The position numbers and the translations under genes were made by a program. Shown piece by piece: positions 48,651 to 63,972 of a stretch of 64,000 nucleotides of DNA; within the stretch, counting starts at the first letter, position 1, and every line of letters begins with the position of its first letter. The notes beneath the pieces were generated by a model that was not told the origin of the DNA, made no database searches, and saw only the letters and a list, made by a program, of their open reading frames with translations. Source of the DNA: Phoronis australis (Eukaryota; Animalia; Phoronida); contig NMRA01000251.1 in the NCBI GenBank assembly GCA_002633005.1, positions 314,307 through 378,306 of the forward strand, read 5' to 3'.

Positions 48651-51600
48651 ATACGAATATGACCGATTCTCAGGCCTGACTAATGCAATGTAACGATCAG
48701 GTGTTAACCTAAGTCTCCAGTGTGGGTTGGGCCAAATGCGAGGAGGCACCCCTAAGAATTGTTATATATGTACTAACTGTGAGCTGCAGTCACAGGAACT
48801 CTGAAGTAAAATACTGCATTAATTTATTGAAGGCTGTGCTGTGTTTTGTGCCAGTCCGTACTCAGTTGTCAGCTTAAAAATGAATTATTGTCTTGTACAG
48901 TAATTTTTAGCAATAATAAGGACAAGGTCCGCTGGCTTCATTATTTCTGCACCTTTTAGTACTTGGGAGCCTTACATTTCAAACTGGCCAAATGTGTCTC
49001 AGAGACTATGTTGTTTGAGAGAAAGTGTGCTCTTAATGTTGAGCTTGAAATTTAAGGAGGTGCGAGGTAAATAACTGACAAATATGATATATGCGTGAGT
49101 TTGGTAATCAGTAAGGACTTTCATCCCATAAACGCCCTCATACTGCTGAACAATTTTCTGGAAAGTTACTGGAAAGGGGATTAGATTGTCATAAGCGCCA
49201 TCTGGTGAACATAAAGGTTTGGTCTATTGTGTTGTTTGGTTGGTCATTGTGACAAATGTTGCTGTTTATTTACTAAACTTTTGTTGTTGCCTCATCCCAT
49301 GTGCTTGCTGGTGATCAGCAGCCAGGACATTTGAAGTGCTTAAAACCTCCATTTACCTTGTTTTGACGAGTAACAACATTGTCAGTGTCATTAAACCTCC
49401 CTTTATGGCTGGGCATGTCAAATGTGAATTCAATATTCCAAAAACGAGAAAAAAGTTTCTTAGCTGCGCCAATGTGAGTGTGAGTATGAATGTTCCCGTC
49501 ACCAGTGTGTCCTGTCACCAGTGTGTCATGTCCGTCAACATGGCAGTTTCTTGTACAATTGTGGGCCATGTCCGCGCTTCTTTGATATCACTTGAGAAAG
49601 TGAAAAGAGCCACAGCGTGCATAAATACTGAGTTGGCACAACCACCACAAACGACATTCTTTGTTATACCATGAACTAGGGAGAACGAGCAGCAGTATTT
49701 GTCGACCTTTCACACTAAACACAACCGAGGATGACTAGCGCTGTGATTCGTTGGTCTGGTTTTATGTAGTCGACCAATAAATGCTTCTAACTTAACATCT
49801 GATAATTAAAATATCGTCAGATAGTTTTTGCACTGGGTTGTTTTTTTGATATAAAATTGGTAATTTTAAGCACTTTAATATAATTGAAATTAAGTTTAGC
49901 AATTGGGGGTGTGATAAGCTGAGGGTGGTTCAGTCAGTCTCTTGACATGAAGTGTTGTGTCACCAGACATTTCATGTCATTCACACTATGGCAAGTATGG
50001 TAGCCACTCTACATAATTATTTCTACAAAATTAAGTAATTATCTTTAAAGAGGCAGGGGTGAGCAAATATTCTATTTGAAATAGAATAATATTGTGAGCC
50101 CAATGTTGGAAATGCAAGGCAGTTAAAAATTGTTGGTAAAGTATTTGGAGGTATCAAATATCACTTTTTTCGAGATAATGTGGGGCAGTAGGGGATATAT
50201 GAATTGTCCAGATGTGATAAACTATGGTACATTGTACTAGACATAGTTTTGGATGAGTAGAAAGTAAAAATGCCTCCTCCCCCCGCCTCCTTGCACCATG
50301 TACAGTTAACAGAAACTTAAGGTAAACTATTGTCTTTATTAACTAATTTTGGTGTGCTAAAATTTAGAACTTGTGAAATTGTAGAGCAGGCATCATACTT
50401 GTAGGCTGTCAGAATTGAAGTGCTTCATGTTCCTGAAACTTTTGGTTCTGTGGTTGTTCCATTTTCAAGTTGAAATACTTGGAACAGTAGGAGCACTTAT
50501 TGTTTGTCGGTTCTCTTGCATCTATTTTGACCACTAATGCCTTCGGGCGGTGCTCGTTGATAAACGGTCGAATCACGTTACAACGGACTTCCCGAGCTTT
50601 TGCCCCACTCAAATCGGCTTATATACTGGTTACATTGCCATTGACTTGGGAGCCTGTTGAGTGGAATGTTGCACGCATTGTGAGCGCCATTTGATGATAG
50701 TCGTCATTTTAGAAAGAAATTTATGATGGATCTCGGAAGTGGTAAATGTTTAAATCATTCAGTTTGGTCATCCAAGAAGATGTTAAGTTCCTGGGTGAGG
50801 CTTGCTTATTGTCTAGATAATCAGTTGATGTGCAATCGTGGTTGTTATCGCATAATAAGGCTTCTCAATCTAGTTAAAAGCCGCTGCAAAACATTTTCTT
50901 GTGTGACAAACAACTTTTCTCCTCTAAAAGCAACATCATCGAAGTCTTATCTTTTAAATTAAAGAGGTTACAGTAAAATGTCAGGGATTCACCTGCCCAC
51001 TGTACTGCTTCCTGTAATTCGGAAACTAACCCCCCCTCTTGATAAGCAAAGTAACTATGTGTCTGGTCTGATGTGTATGGACCTGTCACTTCTTGTAGCA
51101 CTTTGAAATCAGTTCTAATCTGAGTAAAGATCAAAATGAGACCAAATTTATAATTTCAGTAACTGACTGAAATCAAAAGTTTTTTGACAGGTGTCGGTAA
51201 TTGCGCCACTAAAAGTACCAAGTACATGTTGTCCACCGTCTGTATTGTACATCCACTGTGGATATCTGCTGATGACCAGTGTGTGATGACTAGCACTGTG
51301 TAAACAGGCTCTGTTTAGTTTCTCGATTCCAGAAATTGGGACACGGGCGCAGTTTGGTGTTCGTCTTATTTTTCGAATTTGCGTTTCCGTAGGCTGGAGT
51401 TAACGAGTCCATCCTTTCAGTTCATATTTGATTTTTGACGTTTGTCAGTTTTACGACTAAAATTTTTTACAGCGTTAGGTTATCTAGGACCTTAATAAAT
51501 GACCTCAATTCTAAGTCAACGATTGAAAAGTATGCTTTGTCAGCCATTAAAAGTACATATTTTCTGCAGGGAGAAATATCGGGAAGTCTAAAATTTTGCT

Positions 51601-54246
51601 TCTTCATTACTAAAGTGTCATTATTGTCACGTGACCACGTTTTTAAGTCAAATTTGCGTGTGCAAGAAGGGTACCTTCATAGCAAAATAACCCCCCCCCA
51701 AGCCGATTTTCAGTACTAAATGAAAACTTAACCTTACTAGGTCTCACTAAATACGCTGTTACGAATTTTTGATTATTCACTTACTTCGGGTTTTAATAGT
51801 AATAGTCCTTTTTTGTTTTGTTGAATTTTGTTCCAGCGCTGCATGACTTTACGACTTCGTTGTTTTTCGTGTCCTTTGAAACAACATCCATTGTGCTTTC
51901 TCTCCTGGGGCCTGTGAATTTGCTTTGTTTTGTGAAGCTCGCCTCTTAGCATTTGTGCTGTAGTGTGGATGGCGAGCAATTTCATTTGTACGTAATGATT
52001 TATGTTACAAGTTATTCATATACAAGTTATTGAATAAATTATATCTAATTATATATGTACATTGCAATTATCATTATACACAAATACCTATAGTAGATGA
52101 AATGTTTGCTTGACCCGTTACTCTGGTCTATTCGCCGATGGCTTGTCCGTTTTTACTACTTATCAAACAGTTAACGGGAGGACTGTCGACGGTGGTGGAC
52201 CATCCGAGGTTAGCAAGCGGGCAACTCGGGACGGTCAGAAAACTTCAAACCTTTCTGCTCGATTACTCTTGATGGTATTTTAATCCTACAGCGTTAAGAT
52301 ACCAGTAGCCTGAACAATTAAGACGTTTGATTTCATTTTTCTCCTTTTTCGTGGACGGAAACAGTACCAGTGGTAATAGTGTGTCCAGCGCAGGGAGGTA
52401 CTCCTTGACGCCCCGAAATTCGCTTCACAATAATAATAGCGTTGTGGCTCATTAGAATTAACTCGTGTTGATCAAGAGTGCGAATACAATGGGAAAATGT
52501 ACACGAAGTGTAATTATGCTGGGAGACCACACTGATTTGTTTTACCAGTGGGTTGTTTGTGCATGACCGATCTCTAACGAAGGCTCTCTGGTCGTTCAAG
52601 GGGGAATAATTCAATACATTTTTCAAATGTTTTGAGGTTGATGGGCTTACACTGTAAAAGCGTTATCTAATATTCGAACATGCGCAATCGCTAAATCGAT
52701 TCGATTTTAAATCCATATCATAAGTGAAGTGGGACCAAGCCAGCGAAGTGACAAGACATTGATGGGTCGTTTTTAATTTGAAACGATGGAAAAATCCTAG
52801 AAGGTACTGCATGGAGATGTCAGTTTTATGAAGAAGTCTTAGCAAGTGTTCAATATGCTGGTATTAAATTAACTGCTGACAGAAAGATGTTGAATGATAT
52901 GTAAATTTGCTATTAACACGGTTCAACCTGCAATTTAACACGCCAAATGATACGCTTATCAGCTCCTTTCGGACATTTAAAATATTCGAGTCTTGAAAAG
53001 CTGCACATATCAAAACACAAAGAAGGCTCGCTATAATTTATTTTATTCATGGAATTTATTAAATCACGGCCTACGCATCCAAAATTAGAGAGTTCATTGA
53101 CTCACAAACTCGTGTCTAGATTTACAACACGGCGCACGGAGTCGATGTCCGCGTATCGTTTTAGGCAACAGACGTAAGAAGCGAGGAGGGGTTACGTGCC
53201 TTCAATAATTTCCAGGCGAGTTAGTGAAACTCGTAGTGACCGGCTTAGGGAACTGTCGAGGAAAGAAAAGCACAGCGATGTATGTACATGTAGAGACCAA
53301 TGATAAATTTATGCTATAAGAGTCCTAGCCAGAGCATTTTTGCGTTCCCCCGGTTTTAAAGTTTTGCACGCATGCTTCGAATTAGAGAAAATAAATTATG
53401 CACAGGTGTTCTTTAGCAAATTGATCACATATTTGAATTCAAAAAGTCTATAGGGAATGCAATACTGTATTTTCTATGGACCCCTCAATGTAAGGTACAA
53501 CGCAGTTCGCCGTTTCCCCGACGATTTTTCTTTGAAATTGTACATATAAATCCCAGCTCTTAGAGGGGGGCCTACAAGTGGCAACCAAGGTCACCTGACG
53601 TTTTTCTTATTTATATCGTTTTTGGGGCTACTCGAGGTATTCCAATGGTGAAAACGGTTGCCTCTCTTGTTTTTCTGAAATCATGCAACTTTTTATGTTA
53701 AGGAATGTGACTCGAATGTGGAAGGTTGATGACCCCGTGAGGGACTCTCTGGGATGGAATCAACTTTCACTTTTCCAGTTGTTGAAATGAGTTAACCTTT
53801 CATAATACACTTAGTACTTCAGTGGGCAACATGTGTTCCACATTAAGGGACTTTTTAGGAGGGTTGGCACAGCCACCCGATAAATTTGGTTCCCTGTCAC
53901 TGAACTATACTCAAGAGATGAAGTAGAAAAAATTCAAATTGTTCATGAAGACCACAGGATGACATGCGAACCACAGTAGCATCAGGCATGCGGCACAAAC
54001 AATAAACACGTGAGCCAATTAAAACAGAATAGCACTGACAGGAGTAGAAAGCTAAAAGAACTAAAATACCATTATTTGTGAATTACGCAATGACATTAAT
54101 GGTTTCAGTTATAACGACAAAATAACCTTTCTTTTCCCAAAATCGAATGAAAATATTTCTTTTAAAGACCAATCGTACAGGTAGGTAACTCATTGTGTCG
54201 ATCAAATTGCCATGGGTAATACCTGTAATACCTGTCACAGACAGGA

Positions 54247-54889
54247 TCATTGGGAATATGCTGGTGCATTAATCCCCTCCCCAGACCATCCCCGTGACAG
54301 CAGAAGGCGCAGAACTCCAGGGCTGACGTTGCCTGTAAGCATTTGATTAGACAGCACTCGGGCACGGCTCTTCTTGTGTATTCTTCGCAGCATGGCCATA
54401 AATAATACCGGCTTCGAGCAGGCGGCTGCCATCATTGAACTCAGCCAGTTGGGATGCAGTCTGCTCGAGGTTGCGTTTGCGGGCCAGCAGCTTAACGTCA
54501 GCCAAATATAAGTAGAGGGGTTGGTTGGTGGTGCATGAGCCAGCGAGGTAATCTGCACGCTCATTAATCAAGACACCGGCGTGGCCAGGTACGAAAGACT
54601 AGATCACTACATGATGAGGGTGGCGTGATCGGAAGACACCCCAGTTGGCTGGGAGGTTTCCAGATTGAATTTTCATCAACACTGCCATGGAATCGGTGGC
54701 AAAGATAATGGTGTGATTCTCCAGGTCTAGGAGTGACCTGAGCTTGATTAGGGCACGTTGTATAGCCTCAAACTCCATCCGCGTACTGCTTGTGTATACA
54801 TGGTGGCAGCCACTACCTTCCGCAATGACGTTGTTAGCACAGCGTATTTGATAACCCCATCCCGCACGATTAGTTTCACCATCGAAGGA
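54247..54889 (-). mobile_element. Decayed non-LTR retrotransposon fragment, RNase H domain
   Basis: AGWG..SSTRMEFEAI..FATDS..FVPGHAGVLINERADYLA; in-frame TAG at 54599-54601 and a frameshift downstream; cut by N at 54890. Confidence 0.85.
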
Positions 54890-57800
54890 NAGGAACTGCC
54901 AAAATTCGGCGAATGCACAATTCATAGCTCTGAACATACCCCGTGGATCTTTGTAAAAGGTCCACATTTTCAAAAGTTCGAGCCCCCATTTTTAGGCTGG
55001 GTGCGCGCATGGACCATGTAAAAGCAACTTCTGGTAGGAACCAAAATTTACATAAACACTAATGAGATCCGAAAAGTTCTTGGGGCCGGGTAATGCCCCC
55101 AAACCGGTGTGCGGGGATTCCTCTTCTTCAACACACTCCCGGTTGCTCGTCACGTGCATTATTGTGTCCGCACACCCTTTCAGGACCTGCCAAACATTCC
55201 CATACTGTTATGTACGGATTTGTTAAAGTCATGTGACTAGACAAAATGCGCTCTGTGTTTACTTTATTTTGTAATTGTGTTGCTATGTGATGTGTTCATC
55301 ATATCTTGTAGCGTTTTTTTATTGGCCATCTTTCCAGAGGTTATAATTATTATTCATATTATTTTCCTCCCTGTTCTTTGTATTTGTATTCTGAAATAAT
55401 AAATGGCCTTATTTCGCCAACCTCCATATTGTCCTTTTCATCTCTGGTAACGAGTTAGTTACGCACGTATTTTTTGTCGTTGGTACATATGCCCACCATA
55501 AAATATGTGAAATTCATAGATGATGAACCCAAAAGTCAAAATTTTATCCTAACTGCGTAATATGCTCAAGGTTACCCGTTCTCGTGAAATTTGGTAGAAG
55601 CATGAGTGTCTTCACGGGCCTTGCCCTAAAAGTGTCCGCCAGTATGCCTATAGAAAATGAGAGGTTTATGCTACAAATGAGGGGGTGGAGGTAAAACTTT
55701 TGTGGGCGGGGGGATGTGCTCACATACTTTGATTTCATCCAAATCCCACTGAAGCAAACCAACCACCATATGCCTATGTAGGTGGCCATGAGCAGTGCGT
55801 GTTCCTAAGTCGGTAGCTGTGTTTTGAGTGCAAAAGCCGTGTTTTGTGAGTCCGGGTCCGAAATTGGTGGTCAGTGTGCGTGCTCTTGAGTCGCTGAGCT
55901 AAGTTTTCCAGCCCGTGCGCGGTTTTACAGTGCCGCAGTTATGTTGTTCGGGGAAACGAGAAAATGGCCGACAGAAAACGTTCGTTTCAGTTGGAGTCAC
56001 TGGCGTTCCAAGGAATGAGGCTAGTAACTTCAAGAGGCAATAAAACGAATGATCGCTTTCTGCCAAAGCATAATTTGACATGTTGTTATTGCTTCAGACT
56101 AGACCCATTGCGTTGCTTATCACGGAGGGTTAATTTCAGACGCCAAGGCCAGTATGAGAATTTAACGCGATTTACTGTAACCTATTTTAGTATAAAAAGT
56201 ATCGATTCATCCGTAAATTGCTTATAAATCAATGACCATGATCAAATTAAGCCTACGTTGCTGGCCTATCTACTGTGTACTACACAGGCACATAGAACGA
56301 ACTCATCCGCGCGAACCCCGACCGTCTGCATGAACCATCGACTCATAAGTGCGAACCACCTTCTTTGATGAACCGAAGACATCGAGTGGTTTTTGGGAAT
56401 TAGTCGTTACTTGTTGTGCTGTCTGGTACCCATGAATGCGATGACGGCGAATGGAAATAATACAGTGTTAGAGATAATTACGGTTTCCGCAATGTCGTAG
56501 ACTGTTTTACAAACGTCCCGTTGTTTCGCATAGTCTTATAGGCTAATTATATTTCCAAAAACAACTCGTCGTATCTAGTGAGGTGCAGTTTGAAATACGT
56601 GGCCTTGCCTTTACTTTCTCCTTTCGTCAGAGAGTGAGAGTTGCGGTTCATGAAATAAGGCCGTAAGTAAAGTTATACGGTAAGTAAAATAGAAGCAGCT
56701 CTTGAAAAAAGAACACAGCATGCGAGAACGCTCGTGGGTGAGGAAGTTCGAGACTTGTTGCATTGCATTCAACAAAACATACGGGCATGGGCGGCGCAGC
56801 ACTGAAAAAAGTGGGCGGGCTATAGCCTCCCAGCCCCCCTGCGGTGCACCGCCCATGGTATTGCATGTATTGTTGGAAGCCGTTACTGAACAAAATGAAA
56901 CGCGATGTCAAGGCCAACAGCACTGCATTATAACTGCAAATCGATTTTGGTTGTCTCGGCCACCGAATCATCACATCCTAATAGATATTCATTATTCATT
57001 CGTGAAAACAATACACGGACGAGTACGTTGCGCTAAAATCGACAAAGCGCAAAGATTTTCCGCTATGAAAACAAATAATAATGCCTTTATGCTAAAATCG
57101 ATGAATTTCTTTGGCGTTACATTTAGTACCTGGTGAATTCTCCTCTACTGTAGATCGTCATAGGAGTTTCATTGCCATCATCCTACGCGGCAAGATGACA
57201 CGGCCGTCGCACATATATGTGTACGCCGCCTTCACCCTGCTGATTTTTGGCATGGGTAAGTTTAGATAACTATTATCTCATTACTTATTGCATTGCAGGT
57301 TATTTTTTTGCTCAACGTACACTAAGTGCAGCTGAAATTCCCTCATTTGCCTTTCAGTGCGAACCTGTCTTTCTCAGTCGATAACTTGCAGAAAACTGCT
57401 CACAATAAGTAACAGGATAAGCATTTCAAAAGATAGGAGGTGATAGCCAATTTCACAAGTTTCGAATCACAGAACGAGGCTGCAAAGTGACGTTTGTCAT
57501 TTCATCGATCGTCTTTCAAAACTGACTTCAGATACTGCACTTATTGATCAAATCTTGAACTCGGCGTTTATTCAGGATTTCCTCAAATAGTTTTTAAACA
57601 AACGATCGCTAAGGCAATGTACATATCCCAAAATAATGAAGGACTGGACACAAATGATTTCTAGACAATATTACGGTTATATCACGTTGCGCACGGGAAT
57701 TTCATTAACAGTGTACCTTTCTCATAATCGCGATTCTTTTCTTAAGAACTGCAACCCNCCTCTACTGTAGATCGTCATAGGAGTTTCATTGCCATCATCC

Positions 57801-59616
57801 TACGCGGCAAGATGACACGGCCGTCGCACATATATGTGTACGCCGCCTTCACCCTGCTGATTTTTGGCATGGGTAAGTTTAGATAACTATTATCTAATTA
57901 CTTATTGCATTGCAGGTTATTTTTTTGCTCAACGTACACTAAGTGCAGCTGAAATTCCCTCATTTGTCTTTCAGTGCGAACCTGTCTTTCTCAGTCGATA
58001 ACTTGCAGAAAACTGCTCACAATAAGTAACAGGATAAGCATTTCTAAAGATAGGAGGTGATAGCCAATTTCACAAGTTTCAAATCACAGAACGAGGCTGC
58101 AAAGCGACGTTTGTCATTTCATCGATCGTCTTTCAAAACTGACTTCAGATACTGCACTTATTGATCAAATCTTGAACTCGGCGTTTATTCAGGATTTCCT
58201 CAAATAGTTTTTAAACAAACGATCGCTAAGGCAATGTACATACCCCAAAATAATGAAGGACTGGACACAAATGATTTCTAGACAATATTACGGTTATATC
58301 ACGTTGCGCACGGGAATTTCATTAACAGTGTGCCTTTCTCACAATCGCGATTCTTTTCTTAAGAACTGCAACCCATTTTTATAAACCGCAGTGATATCCA
58401 ACGATATTTGTTTGTTTTCTCACAAACTGCATTTCTTGTGACATGAGGCAGTGTTTGACCACGTGCAGCACGCGCCTGATTTTTCGCATTAATGTGTGTG
58501 CATTACACTGGCAACATTATGCGATTAATAAAAGAACTGTGTTTAAATAACTACCAGTAGACGAGGATTGGTTACTGACCTTGGGTATTTGGATAGCTGC
58601 TTTATATCAAATTTTCTACTGTATAACTGCAGAACATTGTAACAGAAAAGCTAACGTGTCCGAACAAATCGTCGCCTATTTACGAATTTTACACATAAAT
58701 ATCAACTATCAACAATTGAGGACATGTCAGGTGCTTTAATGTTTTATTAAAGGTACTATAAACTAAATTCTGCCAAAAAGACCACCTTTTTTACTTAGAC
58801 CAGTTTACCACTGAACGTGGACGTTAAGGCAATCCTAATCCTTCTTGAAGTTATTCAAGCGAACTAACTTTATATTTCATTGTACGCACGTGCCTGTTTT
58901 GTGAATAAAGTGGTCTACTACTATAAAAGCAGATGTCACTTGTTGATATCGTGTCATACAAAAGTAGGGCATTTTTAAAACTATAATTTCTAACGGCGTT
59001 TTAGAGAACATTACTTAAAGCATGGTATCTGAAAGCTTCGTATGAATCCGGCCAGTCATTTTTTGAGATATGGTGTTTCGAATTAGACTATAGATTTTAT
59101 AATTCATCCACGTGAATAAATAGATGTAAAAAATACATCTCGCGACCGCTGAACTAACACAATAAAAGGAACTTCTCAGCGTTATGAAGTCCACTAGCCA
59201 TGATTTATAATTTTTTAATCCTTTCAATTTAGTCAAATTCGGAAATTTTTCTAGGTTGTTACTCCTACATGTACATGTGCATCACCTTACGGCCCTGTCA
59301 GCACCGACATTCCGATTTTCCATTAGATTGCCGGGTGCGACTAATCCGAATGTGTAGACAGCTGTTCCGATACGACTTTGTGAGTTAAACCGTCGTACGT
59401 GGATTAGTCGCGCAGGATAATGGGAAGGTGTAGATCTTAGTCAAGACCAATACGTTATATGAAATCTTATACAGAGTCCTTCGCGAAAACCCAGTGTGCG
59501 CAGACAGTACTTAAGTCAGCACGCAAATTAGAAGTAATTTCAAGGCATGGAGAGAACAGAAAGTTGCAGGTTCAACACGTTGGTTTGACTGAGTTGCTTC
59601 TTCTATGCGCAGATTA

Positions 59617-59850
59617 AATGCTCGCACCCAACCTCAAAAATGGGGGGGGCTCGAATTTTTGAAAATATGGACCTTTTGCTTTAAAAAAAGGGTACATTCA
59701 GAGCTATGTATTGTACTCCTGCCTTTTTCGTGGATTTTTGTCTCGTTTTCTACTTTTCGAACTTTTGTTTCTCTGCGGCGGACCTTTTTGCCTACTTCGC
59801 CAAATGGGGGGGCTCCTTTGAGCCTCCCGGGCCCCCTGGGTGCGCGCATG
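59617..59850. mobile_element. hAT-like MITE with CATGCGCGCACCCAG-type TIR; related end at about 54950-55011
   Basis: aatgctcgcaccca ... tgggtgcgcgcatg; about 60 bp shared in inverted orientation with 54950-55011. Confidence 0.6.
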
Positions 59851-62834
59851 GATCATGGTCTAAAGCAATAACAATCGACGGTTGCCAATTTTTTACGAAA
59901 TCGCTTCTAAGCTAATCTGAGCATGGACTACATTGAAAAGACCAGTTCTATAAGTGCGAGGTTAAAATCCAAAAATTATTCTTTACAGAAAACGGTTTTT
60001 ATTAATCATATCATCGTCAGTTTTGTTTTCGTCATACTTCGACCTCCTCAATTATTGTTAACGTCATCACCATAAGCAACATGCGAATTATCAGATATTT
60101 AAGAGTCTTGTATTTATAATGGCTTAAGTTTTAACACCAGCAATTCTCTCATGTATCAGTAAAAAGTATTTCCGCTGCGTCTAATCATGCATGCGCTAAC
60201 AATTTTAGTGCACGGGATGACTCGCATTACGAGTGTCATTTCTCTTGGGATCTTTCAAACACTCCATTGTTCACATAACTATTTTGGCATATCCCTCAAC
60301 GTGGGTTTCTAACCAAAAGTTTCAGCTCTCGTTTGGGAAATATGACAATACAGTTTTCAGAGGACAAATACTCGTGGAGTCCTAAAACGACATGCCGCCA
60401 GTGGCTTGCACATTTGAGTGAAATTTCGACGATCCTGTGTTTAAAATATACTATTTGACTTACCCAGCAATACCGGGACACCTCAGTTCAATGAATAAAA
60501 AATCACAATAATATGGAAGCACACAGAAAAAGTCGAATTACACGGACTTAAAGGAAGCCTGCACTGTCTTCTCACTTAACACCTGTCTACACTGTGCGGC
60601 TTAAATATGAAATAATTCAAAAACGCCACGCGGAAACACACTTGTTGCATCACGTTTTTGAAAACTTACATAGTCTTGGCACGATCTGCCAAAGTTAGAA
60701 AACAACTTAACAGCAAAGTATGGGAGCAATGTCATTGCTGCGCCTCTAAAGTCTTGCTATAGTCCCCTATAAACACCAGAACCAAATTAGCTGATATCAA
60801 AACTTCACACAACCCTAAACCTCTTCTCCTAAACTCTACCGCACGCACAAAAAATTCCCAATACACAACGACGTAACGCCGGTCCCGGGGATATTATGAT
60901 TTCACGGCCGCGCCTCTAAATTCCAACTGTGGACTATAATGGCTCTCATGAAACAGCTACGCCGTACCTTGATCACAGGCTAAGGAGCATTTTCACTATG
61001 TTCAGGGATGAAGGTATGAGATTTGTAGGCCTGCAGCGGGATTGGAGTTTATAGGACAGGAAATTTAAAGCCGCGTTTCAAGCAATTATTTCCACCTCTT
61101 TTAACTTGGGACATGCATGCGACGTGCGTAAGCGCGTCGCATGGTTATCACCTATAGGACGCTACCATTGATTTCTTTTGTTGCGTCTTTGTTGGATAAA
61201 ACAATACAGGTTGCATGGATATCGTACCTTGGTTGCACATGAGCCAGTTACCGATAATTGCTTGCCATTATCTTCACTGTATCAACAACAATGGATTAGA
61301 CACCAGCTTGCGATCTAGTTTCCCCATGTTCACCAGACTCTAATGCGAAGAGGCTAGAAGCGAGACAAGACGACCCTATAGAGAGATATCTTACGATGGA
61401 ATGAACTGAAGCGGTCAAATGTGAGAAACATTGCATGTATGAAGCGTTTTGACGCCCTTTATGTTAATCCTTGAAATGGAAATAAGTCGTGTTATGGCAC
61501 AAACGTTATCGGAACTGTTTGTGTAGTGGTAAATGACCCTAATTAGAAGAAAATAATGTTAAAGCGTGTTTACAGAAAATTAATTGGAAGTAATAGAATC
61601 CTATCACGAAAAACAATATTATGAGACTGATTTTATGAGAGTGAAAGACTTATTATGCAATCTACACAAAGCGAAATGCAGCGTAATGTTCACAATTACG
61701 ACAATAATCATTGTCATCTATATGCAAATGTAGAGACAATTCCCGCTACATACGTGTAGAATTTATTAGCATTTAGAAGGCTCAAAGTTATAGTTTTAAT
61801 AGCATGTAGGGAAAGCGAAACGAAATTGTAACACAAAAAGGAGGCATTTCCTTTACAGTTGACTTTGTCTCCACCGTCGTCAACGTGACTTAGAGTCAAC
61901 GACATATACTCGAAATTAAAATACATGTTATATAACGTACGTGATGATAACTATGGGTTATCATATCGAGATACGTGTACGTGATATGCAAGCCGATTTA
62001 GAGAAGGCGAAACATATGTATCGTAGATATCGCGTGAACTATTTTTAAGACGCACATTTACACGCACCTTTAGAGTACTAAGCGGCAGCATATGTTTATG
62101 TGTCATGGCGGAATTACGAAAAAATTAGTTCGGTAAAATTTCATTGATTCAGAATTAATATAAGAATATCCTAATACAAAGCTTGTTGCAACTATTATCG
62201 ATTTTATTTGCTGATATTAACAAAACAAAACACTTTTAGGACCCGCAAACACGCATCCTACATGATACAGCGACTTCATTTGAGCAAAGATTCATGAATT
62301 AACAAGGCCAGTCATTTAGGTAACTATCTGGGACTGTTTCATTCAACAGAGTAAGGATTTCCGTGTTTGGCGTAGTAATACGCTTCCTACAGCAATGAAT
62401 CATTCATGACTCGTTGAAAAAAACGAAGTCACTGCATTATTTAGAATGCGTGTTTGCTTTCTTAAAACGCATTCTTCACCTTAATTTTCATCAAGTTTGT
62501 TGAAATTAACTGGTATTTTACGAACATGTTTACGATTTGTGCATAGTTCAGTTGTCATTTGTAAGGTGTTTTTTCAATTATTTATCACACTAACACAAGT
62601 ACAGAATTGTGAGATGTGAGTGATACTAACTATATGAGATGAGTTAAGACAATCACCGTAAATCTCATGGATTTAGCCGGCTGAATACAATAATCCTTAC
62701 GTCTTTGCCAGGGTTACTTTCTCTAGAGGCGATAACGGTTACCTTCTCTAGGGCCAAGATACGTGATAACAATTATTTCACGGCCGTATCATCACCTCAT
62801 TATGATAAGGACATTATCGGCGAGAAACGTTATT

Positions 62835-62890
62835 TTCCGAGCGCGGATTCGAACCCGCTGGCGAAGCTGCTCAATCTCACACCATAACTA
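62835..62890 (-). mobile_element. tRNA-derived SINE-like remnant
   Basis: perfect B box GGTTCGAATCC on minus strand, weak A box. Confidence 0.35.
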
Positions 62891-63487
62891 AAAACGTTTT
62901 TTAAGCGAGTTTAGCTTGTAAAGACCGGCATCTTTCAGCAAATGTCTGATAGAACCTCCAAGCACGATAATTGAGTTATTGAGTTCACGAAAACGTAGAA
63001 CGGAAATGCCTAGAATAACAGATGTCTATTTAGATTTTGAGTATAAAGAAATGGCCCCAGGCTCCGAATGTACACGTAGTGTGTTTTGAGCATTCCTTCA
63101 TAAAATTCTATATTCGTCAAAGCAATAAAATTTTACGGCCGGTTCATATTGGTAACTCAAAACGGGCATAGTTTTCAAGGTTAATTTCATACAATGCATG
63201 GCTTCGTTTACCAATACTCATGTGCATTCAGCTTTTGTATCGCTGATTGTATTCATTATCGATGATATTCTGAGAAACCAAACTTACCAGTCCGTAGGCC
63301 TTTGTCTTATTTTCCGGTTCGATACACGTGATTTTATGTCTATTTACCCACTTTCAATCCAACCAGCGAGACAATACAAGGATGCCGGTATGTTTACTTT
63401 AATTTGCCGTAGTCATGGTAAAAAGTACACAGAAAACTAATTTAATTTTCTAAACATGCACTGTAATCCTGACATAAAATCACCATC

Positions 63488-63972
63488 GCAATTGTAACAG
63501 TAATAGTAAAACAGCCACAGAGCAATGGCAGTAGAAATAGTGTTGCTAATAACAACAATCCTAGCTATAGCAATAGTAAAGGCATTGCGGTAAAGGTAAT
63601 TGTAACAATAATAGTAAATGCAATGGCACTGGCAAAAGCAATGGCAATAGCTATACTGATAACTATGGCAATGACAATGACAATATAAATGGTAATGACA
63701 CTGCCAGTTGTAATAGCAATGGTAATGCTAACGGTAATGGCAATAGCTATACTGATAGCTATGGCGTTGACAATCACAATTTAAATGGTAATGGTACTGC
63801 CAATTGTAATAGCAATGGTAATGCTAACGGTAATGGCAATAGCAATAACGATAGCATTAGTAATGGTAATAGCAACGGCAATGGTAGAGAAAGGAAGTCT
63901 CAATACCAAATAGCAAAAGCAATGAGTATGGCAACGGCAGGAGTATTAACGATAGTATTGCAGCAGTATTGT
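63488..63972. repeat. Low-complexity (GCAATA/GTAATG-like) hexamer repeat with an internal duplication of about 90 bp
   Basis: aatagcaatggtaatgctaacggtaatggcaatagc occurs twice. Confidence 0.9.

Noticed and set aside
49300-53500. Short ORFs downstream of EPS15
   Set aside because: No domain motifs or splice-consistent chains; more likely long 3' UTR (AATAAA near 49776 and 52033) and intergenic DNA
57142-58374. 616-bp direct repeat resembling paired LTRs
   Set aside because: Joined at a single N (57758) with no internal region, PBS or TG..CA ends; haplotype overlap
60939-61020. Possible first exon of a downstream gene (ATG...GAAG|GTATGA)
   Set aside because: Only very short frames, no downstream exon or recognisable protein found
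63565-63777. Hydrophobic ORF (IAIAIT...)
   Set aside because: Translation of a low-complexity hexamer repeat
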